Assembly (NCBI RefSeq): GCF_039654945.1
Contig: NW_027361676.1
Span: 45,570,001 to 45,634,000 of the forward strand
DNA: 64,000 nt
From: Dendrobates tinctorius
Lineage: Eukaryota
Reading direction: 5' to 3'
In this document: piece by piece, positions 54,525 to 64,000 of the stretch
Position numbering within the stretch: position 1 is the first letter of the stretch
Layout: every line of letters begins with the position of its first letter
Translations under genes and position numbers: made by a program
Notes under the pieces: model-generated
Database searches by the model: none
The model's input: the letters and a program-made list of their open reading frames with translations, nothing else
What the model was told of the DNA's origin: nothing

Positions 54525-54587
54525 ACGGACCATCCCTGATGAAGGAAGCCGGGTACTTCCGAAACCGGTAGGAAGGAATTGGTCCGT
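54525..54587 (+). ncRNA. Type-I hammerhead ribozyme (Penelope pLTR-associated)
   Basis: acggacca-tcc-CTGATGA-A-ggaag-ccgggta-cttcc-GAAAC-cg-GTA-gga-aggaat-tggtccgt. Full core, stems I and II, palindromic ACCGGT stem III. Confidence 0.85.
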
Positions 54588-57558
54588 AACACTCGCTGGA
54601 TCCTATCACGTGTCCGCCCACATGACCGCTGACGTCACAAAGGTCCTGCAGCTACCTTGCTGCCGGCAGCATAATGCTGTGGACAATGCTGTGAACCAGA
54701 CTGCGAAGAATGCTGGCACATCGAGGGAGCAGTGAGTAACATAAGAGACTGTCACTGGCCGGGACAGTACTCTAATGACTATCTGATGGTAGTGTTCTAC
54801 TCCGCTTGGCTTTTAAATATATTACAGCACTGTATGTGGGAAGGGCAGTTTTTCAGTAAACTACCCAGATGATGGAGCTTTAATTTGGTTCAGCTCCAGA
54901 GCAAAAGTCACAGGTTCCTCCCCTCCAAGTGAACTGTATCATTGTGTTGGATCTATCTTGAGGTGAATTTTTAATTTAGCGATTTTCTCAGTGTTTCCAT
55001 AAAATTTATTTATAGGCTTTTTTTATTATTTTTTATTCATATATATTTTTTTGTCTCTTGCATCGCTTCTAGACACACGTAATACACTATATATATTTTT
55101 CACTCCTTGGAAATGTATCCATTTACGATATTAGTCATTGTGGAAGCTCATATTTGGCTTGGTCTTTATAATTAAAGGAGGGAACAGTGTGGATATTTCA
55201 GCGCAGACACATTCTAATATTTTAATCTTAATTTACAATGGTTTGGTGTGTTGCTCTGTCGTGCAGCAGGTATCCCCTTATGAGTATTGGCGCCCCAAAG
55301 CACACTTTTTTACTTACAATTTATTGTTGGTAAAGTGCCTCCCTACCACCCCAACAAGTGTTTCACCCTTTTATTTTTCAGCGAGTATGTCTGTAAAGTG
55401 TACGGTATGAATATATTTGGATATTACAGACTAAGCAGTGGTGACCTGGTTGGCCACATCCAGAAGATCCAGGAGCCGTCATCAGAGAATGTGCACTGGA
55501 GAGATTGTAATGCGTCGCTCATTCCTGATATAAAGTTGCTGCTTTTTGTGTATCACAGTAGCGGTCTATGAACTGTCAGACCATGCCTTACATTCTTTCA
55601 GTCTGTGGAATGTGGACTGCACTAAGATAACTTCTGAGTGCAGACCGAAGGTTTCCATGGACTCATTGAGTTGTATGGCTGAGTGCAATCTGAATATCAT
55701 ATCAAACTCGGGAATGCTGCTATTAATTTCCATGGACAGACTCTGAATGAGGAAAAAAATTGGATATGTGCACGGTCCAATAGCATAGCATTGGTCCAAG
55801 TGCAATCCAATATTTTGTCAGATCGCCTGACTGAAAATACAGTCATCTACATGTGCCCTAAATATGACTTATATAGTGTGGTTTGCTTTATAATTAAAAA
55901 CTATAAAGATTTCCATCAAGGATATTTAATATCCATTTTTTCGTCACATATATTACAGGAAAGAGGAATATTTTCTCCCAAGGTTTCAAGCTCTCAGTGA
56001 TAAATCATGACAATTTTAGCTCTGATGCTTAAGTTCAGCTGCATTTGCTCCTTTATAATCAGTTCCGTACATTATATAGTTCCTATTATAAGGATTGTCT
56101 AAATTGGACTCAAGTGCAATTGTAGCAAATTCTCATATGTAGAAGTATTATGTCTTTCCACCAAAAGTAAGAAAGAATGTTCTCATCCAAAGATAGCAAA
56201 ACTGAAGGATACAAGTCATGTAATGGCCAGAAATAGTGTTATTTTTGTATATACTGTATATACAACAGTTTATTCCAAGCAGTTATTTGAAGTGACAGGT
56301 ATGTTTTCATCTTTAACGTACTGTACATAAGATTTGATTACATGAGTCAATTTCAGGCAGCTTTGTGATTCACACTGGTGTCTTGGCATAAAATATCACA
56401 GAGCAACATCTGCATACAGTCTGAATGTTCTTCCTGTGCCTGATTGTACAGGTTTACTCCTTGACTTACAAGTTATATTACTTGATTAATTTTATCCCGA
56501 TTAAGTTGGCTCTAGAGTATGTAAAATTCAAATTTAGGCTTAAGCCCCCCTTTGCAGACACTCATCAACAAAAACTATTATTTTGGTATAAAAGTCAGGA
56601 TATTTTTAGGTTTTTGTGGCTAATGTGCACAAATTAAGCCCATTTCAGTTGCATACACTAAACAAAGAAAAAATACCATTCAATAAACTTAAAAAAAGTA
56701 AGGCTGTGAAATAGGTTTCCTTTCACATTTAAACAGTAATACTGCTTTATGCAAGAAAAGTGAAAAACATCAGATGAAATTGTTGGAGTTGTTAGCAGCT
56801 ATTCCGATCAAATAAGTGGTTTGAATTCCTTAACTGCTAAATATTTCACGTCATTCTTAATATTTCAAAGACTGACTGAAAATCTAAATATCTCAATGTT
56901 CATAATGAATGAATAACTATGAGCTATGTGTTAGTCCCTGCTTAACATCTCATGTTCTGTATCTTACTGAATATTGTATAAGTCAGAATGCGAACTAGCA
57001 GCAGTAAAGGTTTCATTGTAGCTGTGGTAGCAGGATAAAACATTTAAATTATGTCACTTCTTATTGATTTTAATATGATGAACTTCATTTCACTTAAAAC
57101 AAATAGAAACCATTAACCTTATCTTAAAATGGTGTTTAAAAGTCATTTTAGTGTCAGGTCAATCTGGGATGTGGGATCAAATCTTAATCGTCTTTCAAGA
57201 GCTTGTTTTAATACCTCAAAGTGTAAAATACAAGATGATTTAATTTCAAAATAGCCATTGTGAATTCAAATATGTATTTGAATCAAACTTAGAGAAAAAA
57301 AATGTGTAGAAGATTCTGTCCTATCAGCAGGCAGTTGTCACAGATGCACTGTTCGGGGAAGCCTGGCAGCTGTTAGTAGAGCTTTCTTGGGTAGGCTTAA
57401 TGCAAGCCACGCTGTTTAACAGATCCCATGGGGTTGCTCTAATTTTCACCCTGTAACTTCTGTACTGGAATCTGGAAAAAATCATAAAGCAAGCATATTG
57501 TCAGATTACAAGATGAGGTCAGAAGATTTGAGAACTCAGGAAAGCAACACTAGAGTAA

Positions 57559-57853
57559 GGCTAGTTTCACACTAGCGAATGGCAGAGCTGCGGAGGGATA
57601 CGGACTTCCTCCGCAAACCGTGCCAAATGCAACGAGTTGCATTTTGTTGAGGTCGCCGCACCGTCAAAATAACGCAAGCGGAGGCATCTGCATATATCGG
57701 CATGGCCTGCATTCCTAATGTTAAAGATAGGGTAAGCAGGCCGCATGCCGACATAGGTGGAGCTGACCAGAGGAGGTGCGGCCATAGGCGTTGCTTCACG
57801 GAGTAAGTCAGCATCCCTCCGCAGCTCTGCCATACGCTAGTGTGAAACTAGCC
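57559..57853. mobile_element. PIF/Harbinger-type MITE (295 bp)
   Basis: TAA TSD on both sides. ~40-bp TIR GGCTAGTTTCACACTAGCG.ATGGCAGAGCTGCGGAGGGAT. Confidence 0.9.
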
Positions 57854-58584
57854 TAAGTGCTCAAGCTACAGGCCAGGTAAGCAAAATTTATTGACTGACA
57901 GTGAAAGTCAGAGACTCAAGAGTTTAAATAGCAGACATCCCCACCCAGGGCTCTCAGAAAGGAGTAATCAAAACCAAACAATTATCCCCACAGCACCCTG
58001 ATCTAACGGCACTAAATGTCCCAGGAATAAAACAGGATTGTAGCAGTCATGCTACACCTGCAACAAAGGTATAGTGCCACCTAGTGGCCAAAGTAACAAA
58101 AAAGGGGACAGGAATCGGTTCAAATGTTATAGCAGTGTGCTACATAACAGGAGGATCAAAACATATCGATATACATATTTGTAGGAATGGCTTCAATGTA
58201 ACTTGTAATTTATTTATTTATATGTCTTTAAGGAGTATGGTGGGCGTCTCAATCACTGATTGACAACTTTTCGATTGCTGTTATTCATTAGGCAGGATTA
58301 TCCACTGAATTCCTTTGAACATAATACTAGTTGAATTTATTTTTTTTCCCATACAACAAGTATTAATCTGTTCAACTGGTCCTGCTCTATAACATACATC
58401 CTGCAGATATTTTCAACTGGAGAAAAAGAATATGTGATGTGAAGAGTGACAAAACACATTATCCTATAAAACCTTATAAATGTTAGAAAATTTGAGGAAA
58501 TATAAAGAATAGATAAATGAAATCAGGTAATTCATGGAGCAGAGATTGCTAAATTTGATGTATATAATATAAAAAGTTTTCCTA

Positions 58585-58740
58585 TGTAAGTGTCACATGG
58601 TTTGTCAGTGTATATACACCATTTCTGAAAGGCCACAAAGGCTGCAACACCATTAGGAAAAAGGCACCACTAACCAAACACCATGAAGACCAAGGTTGAG
58701 AAGTACAAGTCATGCTTGGGTTGCAAGAAAAAATCTTGTT
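58585..58740 (+). mobile_element. Tc1 5' remnant
   Basis: accatgaagaccaag...gttgagaagtacaagtca resembles the MKTKE...VEKYKSG start. Confidence 0.5.
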
Positions 58741-58901
58741 CAATGGAAAAGCCCTTTAAGGAAATTTGCAAAGGAAATTCATAAGACAAATTTAAAAAAG
58801 CCCACTTATATGTAGAAATTATCAGTAAAAGCCAAGATATCAAAACATTTACTAAACAATGAACATTTAGGAAAAATAGAAAAAATACTCATGAATTTAT
58901 G

Positions 58902-61884
58902 ATTATCTACCAATGTCCTTTTTTTGGGACACCTAATCTTTTGCTTCTATCAACTAAGATTTTATAATTAGGTCCAATTTTTTGTGTTGTGTTTGTAAAA
59001 TGAATGTTTTAAAAACAGGATATCATGTCATTTTCATTTTTAATTGAATATTCTTCCACCCAGAGAGCTTTCAAAGCACCTATTTTCGAGGTTTTTTTGA
59101 AAATTAGGATCATAACCTGAAATTATTATTTAAAATCACAGTTATGTGATCACAAAGTTATTAGAACTATTGTTTATACTTGAAGGAAGGTATATAATGC
59201 AATGGCATTGATGTAGATTTACCAAGGCCAGAGTTATATTCAAGTGAAATTGCCGTCCCATTTTTGGGACATAGTGCATTCTGCCAATCTATTTTCGATG
59301 TTTTTTTTACATGGAAATTTTTGTTTGATTCACTAGTTTTTATACATAACCCTAAATCATTTACAACTGATATGGCAGGCAGAGGTCTTTTAGTTTCATT
59401 TCTTCCTTCTTACCAGATAGTCTGGAAATCCCTCACCCCTCCACCCCCCTTCCCCAGTACCTTTCTGATTATATATGCTTTGAGAAACCTGATAGCTCAG
59501 CTGTACTGGAGATACTCAGGAGAACAGACCCTGTAACTTGCTGGCTTGTCAGACATTGCTTACGATCACATCACAGTATAGGTTGGTAATTTATGTTTTT
59601 ATTCATCACAATTGTTTATTTAGCTTGTTTTATGAATGGATAGTGAAATATGAAATATATTTATATATATTTAAAATAATAATATATATTTTTATCTATA
59701 GTTTTCTAAATGTTACTATACTAATTTTTGTTGTATCAGCAGTAAGAACATGGCATATCAATATAAAAAGGACTTACTGTTGATGAAATACTAGGTTATC
59801 TTGAGGAATTAGATGACCAAGAAGAGGAAGTTTCTGATATTGAAGTAGTGATTGTGCCCCCTGACCCTGATGAGGCAACTGATGAGGAAGATTTTCAGGA
59901 AAATGAGCTTCTTGCTCATGAATTGAATGATGTAGTAGGAACTTTGGAGGTATTGCACACTTCAACAGAAATTAAAGAGGCTCCTGAGGTGGCATCAACT
60001 GAGAATTTACCATCCACCTCAGCAGGAACTTCAAGTACCAGTAGCAGAAAACGACCAAGGAATCAAACTTCAAAACTAGTTGTAAGCAAGAAAAAAAAAT
60101 GCAAGAGAAATATTAGTGCATCAACTCCAAAATGGAAAAAATGTCAACCAACATATGAAAGCAGTGTGGACCAGGATACGTCCGAAATAAGCTAAATTTG
60201 TGACCTTTTAGAAAATAAAAATGAAGTTGAAGTATTTGAAGAGTTTTTTTCCCATGATGTTATGGATATTATTTTGACCAAAAGCATGCTATATGCAAAC
60301 CAAAAAAATAAACCCTCCTTTTCCATCAGAGAGGAAGAATTACAAGTTTTCTTAGGCATATTATTACTGTCTGGATATCATTCTCTCCCCCAAGAGGACA
60401 TGTACTGGGAACAAGCTCAAGATGTGGGAGTTCCATTGGTGTACAAAGCAATGTCAATGAACCGTTTTAGGGAAATTAAAAAATATATACACCTAAATGA
60501 CAATTCTAAAATTGACAAGTCTGACAAGATGTACAAAGTTAGTTTATTCTTTGAAGTACTGGGGAAAGAATTCCTGAAATTTGGTGTATTCCACCAGGAA
60601 CTTTGCTTAGATGAAATGATGGTCCGCTACTATGGAAAACATCTTACAAAAATGTACATGCGAGGTAAGCCAATAAAATTCGGCTACGAAATTTGGTATC
60701 TGTGCAGTTCCAAAGGCTACCTCTACAAATTTGTGCCATACTGTGGTAAGTCTGACAAAGAGGAAGGACCGTTAGGCTTGAGAGTAATTTCACAACTTAC
60801 AAATGTAATTCCTAATTCCCAGTCATTCAGTTACAAGTTATTTTTTGACAATTTCTTTACAAGTATTGATGCTCTGGTGATGCTGAAAAACAAAAACATC
60901 CAAGCTACTGGCACTATGAGAGAAAATCGCACAAAACAGTGTCCTCTTATGCCAAGCAAGGAGATTGAAAAACAAAAGGAAAGAGGATTTTGTGATTACT
61001 GGTTTGATAAAGCAAATAACATTCTTGTGGTGAAATGGAAGGGTAATAAAGTTGTCACGTTTGGCACGAATTTCAGGACAATAGAGCCTTTATCAACAGC
61101 TCATAGGTACTCTCAAAAACAGAAAAAACATGTCCAAATCTCAATGCCGCTGATGGTTCAGGAATATAATTCCCACATGGGGGAGTTGTTTTTTTGGACA
61201 AACAAATCTCCCTGTACCGTGTCAGAGTCTGTTCCAAAAAGTGGTGGTGGCCCCTTTTCACTCAAATGATAGACATTGCCGTTATCAACACCTGGAGGGC
61301 ATATCAAAAGGCAAATCCAGAAGAAAGTGTGCCACTGCTAAGTGTAAGGAGGAGGATTGCATTGGCCTATCTAAGCAAAAGAACACAATCAACCGCAAAG
61401 CGATGTGGACCTCAACGGAGTAAACTATTAGGTGGCCGAGTTAGTGATGACGTCAGACTTGATCCTGGTAATCATTTGATAGAGCCAATTGCTACACAAA
61501 GAAGGTGTGCTTTATGTAAGAAAAAACAACCAGAATTTGCAAACGGTGTGATGTTCCCCTTCATGCTAAGTGTTTTGCTGTATTCCATTCCCCTAACTGA
61601 GTTATTTGGAGAATTCTGTCATATAATATTTTGAAAAACGTGCATAAACATATTGTTTTCATAATGGTTTGTAAGCAAAAAATGCAAAAGAATAAAGTTG
61701 AATAAGTTCTATCTTTTCTGAGTTTTTGCTATAACTTTCTGCCAATGTCCCAAAATTGGGATGCCCTTTTCTGAAAAATCCGTACTTGTAAAAATTTGTT
61801 TCTGATTCATTAGGACCCAAATCATTAAAAATCTGTCATTTAAATTAAAAAAAAAAGAAAATTGATAATTTGGCAAATAATGGG
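58902..61884 (+). mobile_element. piggyBac transposon, left end damaged
   Basis: Right end TTGGCAAATAATGGG|TTAA (61885-61888). Left remnant attatctaccaa. Subterminal gtcc..ggga palindromes at ~58915, 59256 and 61746. Confidence 0.85.
59750..61600 (+). pseudogene. piggyBac (PGBD2/3-like) transposase pseudogene
   Basis: CLDEMM, KPIKFG, FFDNFFTS, TGTMRENR, YNSHMG, KKWW and a C-terminal Cys/His finger. Stop at 60193-60195. Frameshifts at ~59768, ~61182 and ~61525. Confidence 0.92.
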
Positions 61885-62585
61885 TTAATAAAACTTTTGT
61901 GTTCTTACGTTTTTAAGTCATTACAATTTTTCATGTAAGCTCTTTGCACACTATATACAAAATCTCAGTTCTTTACTTTCCATTATTCTCAAACAATTTT
62001 CAAGGAGTAATTAAATACTGGGGACTCTGCACATAACTACAGATATTACCATAGGATAAATGTGAAAGTTATACGTTTATGCACAAAGTACATACTGTAA
62101 TGAGGCTTTTACTGCTTTATATCTAGTAGTGCAACCCTGATGTAGCAAACAAATTACCGAAGAAAGTTTTTGAAGGTAGCTTTCCATTAAATAAAAAGTA
62201 TAGAAAAGTAAGGAAATAAGCCAACGTTATCTGGTTGTACATTTTAACGCACTTTATTTTTAATGCATTAATTTAAGAATAAAGTACATTCAATATACAG
62301 TAATTTACATTAATACTATAGTGAAGTACTTGAGCACTTACTATGACTGCAATCTTTCTAACAGTCTGAGATAAATCATGAATAAAATAGGAGTACCTGC
62401 GTGGTAAGTATATATTTTAATTTCATTATGCTGTTCTTTTTTGTTGATATCTTTGATTGCAGGACTGTTAGCAGGTGTGCAGGATTTTACATAGGAGGAA
62501 CACATCAGAAAAATCATAACTGAAAATTATTTTATGAAAATAATAAACTTTTACAAACTTTATAATATTAATAGAGTGAGATTAA

Positions 62586-62900
62586 AGGGAGCCTATCACC
62601 AAAAATTTTATTAAAAAATGATGCAAAATATGGTTATACAATATGTATATGTTTACTTATTTCAGAAAGGTGCTGAATGTTTTGAAAGTCAGTATCTATT
62701 GAAAAAAACCTTTGATCTTTTTGTACCTATTTTTAAAGGGAAACATGCTGCCATACTGAGGACGGCACGATTTCTTACTGAATCCTCTGCACTATGTATA
62801 CTTCGGAAGTGCATGCGCAGGCAGGGAGACCGAAAACAGGCTACTCCCAGGGACATAGTGCTGCTTTATTAGAAGCAGCTAGCAAAAAATAGGACCTAAA
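62586..62900 (+). mobile_element. T2/Kolobok-like MITE fragment
   Basis: TTAA|AGGGAGCCTATCACC terminus and internal gcatgcgc. Right end not found. Confidence 0.4.
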
Positions 62901-62948
62901 CCTTAACATTTCTTCTAATCATTAAAATGACATAACTGTTTGCACATA

Positions 62949-63440
62949 CAGGTGCTTCTCACAAAATCAGAATATCATCAAAACATTAATTTATTTCAGT
63001 TCTTCAATACAAAAAACTTAAACTCATATACAGTATCATATAAAATCATTACAGAGTGATCTGTTTCAAGTAGTTCTGTTAATGTTGATGATTATGGCTT
63101 GCAGCCATTGAAAACCTAAAAGTCATTATCTCAGTAAATTAGAATACTTTATAACAACAGCTTGAAAAATGATTTTAAAATCTGAAATGTTGACCTACTG
63201 AAATGTATGCTCATTAAATGCACTCAATACTTGGTCGGGGCTCCTTTTGCATCAATTACTGCATCAATGTGGCATGGAGGTGATCAGCCTGTGGCACTGC
63301 TGAAGTGTTATGGAAGCCAAAGTTGCTATGATAGCAGCCTCCAGCTTGTCTGCATTGTTGGGTCTGGTGTCTCTCATCTTCCTCTTGACAGTGCCAGATG
63401 AGTTTGTTGGTCAATACAGCACAATGATACTGTTGCCTTT
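62949..63440 (-). mobile_element. Tc1 3' fragment
   Basis: TA|CAGGTGCTTCTCACAAAAT TIR. The minus strand encodes DAVIDAKGAPTKY. Confidence 0.78.
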
Positions 63441-63447
63441 AAAGTAG

Positions 63448-64000
63448 TGTGGTGTAGTAACCACTGTTTCCGCTAGGGGGCGCTGTGTGGATGTCCCAAG
63501 AGAACGGATGAGTGGCAGAATCCTGAAGGATGGTTATGTATCTCAAAGTGGGTGGCTTTGAGATGGAGACTTGTGTATGTAAGATCAGCAATATCATTGC
63601 TGAGTTGTTGTTTCAAAGTGTAAGGGAGAAGTCTTCAGGTAACTATAGAGATGGGCGGGTTCTGGTTACCTACAAACCCACCTAGGGGTGTGTCTGAAAA
63701 TGCCTGTATTAAAAGGCTATGTGAGTGTGTGAAGGACCTGTGATGAGGTCATAGTCACGTGACCCGGTGGGGGTGGCTATAGACCATATAATGTGGCCAG
63801 GGTAGGTCACATGTGGTGAATGCAGGGACCTGGTTGGCCCAGTGTGGAAGGTCCCGCTGAGATTTAGCTTCCTGCCTGACAGCACGTGTGAAGTGACTGT
63901 GAGCAATGGCGATGTGTGCCTGAGAGTTCCCTGGAGGGAATGAATGTGTGCAGCATGGAGGAACAGCCATAAAGAACCCTGACGTGGGTGAGATAATTAG
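63448..64000 (+). mobile_element. Probable LTR running off the window
   Basis: TG start, ccgctagggggcgct motif, TATA-like tattaaaa at ~63707. Confidence 0.4.

Larger units (their letters stand above)
50310..55225 (+). mobile_element. 5'-truncated Penelope-like retroelement with inverted pLTR segment
   Basis: GIY-YIG remnant plus a downstream hammerhead. ~51397-51678 is the reverse complement of ~54940-55220. Left boundary is uncertain. Confidence 0.75.

Noticed and set aside
59750-61600. Domesticated PGBD host gene
   Set aside because: Stop codon, three frameshifts and a retained TIR/TTAA end.
62364-62409. Small host exon (acag...GTG|gtaagt)
   Set aside because: Only splice-like motifs are present, with no recognisable coding content or partner exons.

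Overview
Repeat-saturated vertebrate genomic DNA, most likely anuran (frog). That assignment is an inference from the TE repertoire: Tc1, hAT, PIF/Harbinger, piggyBac, T2-like MITEs, V-SINE, L1/L2/CR1, Penelope-like and solo LTRs. I could not identify any host-gene exon. The main elements are: a near-intact 5.3-kb Harbinger with a spliced transposase and a 7-exon Myb/MADF partner; an 8.35-kb hAT with a BED-finger transposase pseudogene and two internal satellites; three full-length Tc1 copies, two of them near-identical twins; a piggyBac transposase pseudogene; a TTAGGG-carrying TTAA element; and many MITEs with clear TSDs. The most interesting layer is a set of Penelope-like fold-back insertions, two with 14-15 bp TSDs. 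They carry minimal type-I hammerhead ribozyme motifs: one canonical, directly after a GIY-YIG ORF, and two U3:A8 variants, one of which is split by an LTR inserted in its stem-II loop. There is also perfect G-C/A-T covariation across 17 units of a 130-bp satellite. All alignments and folds were done by eye.
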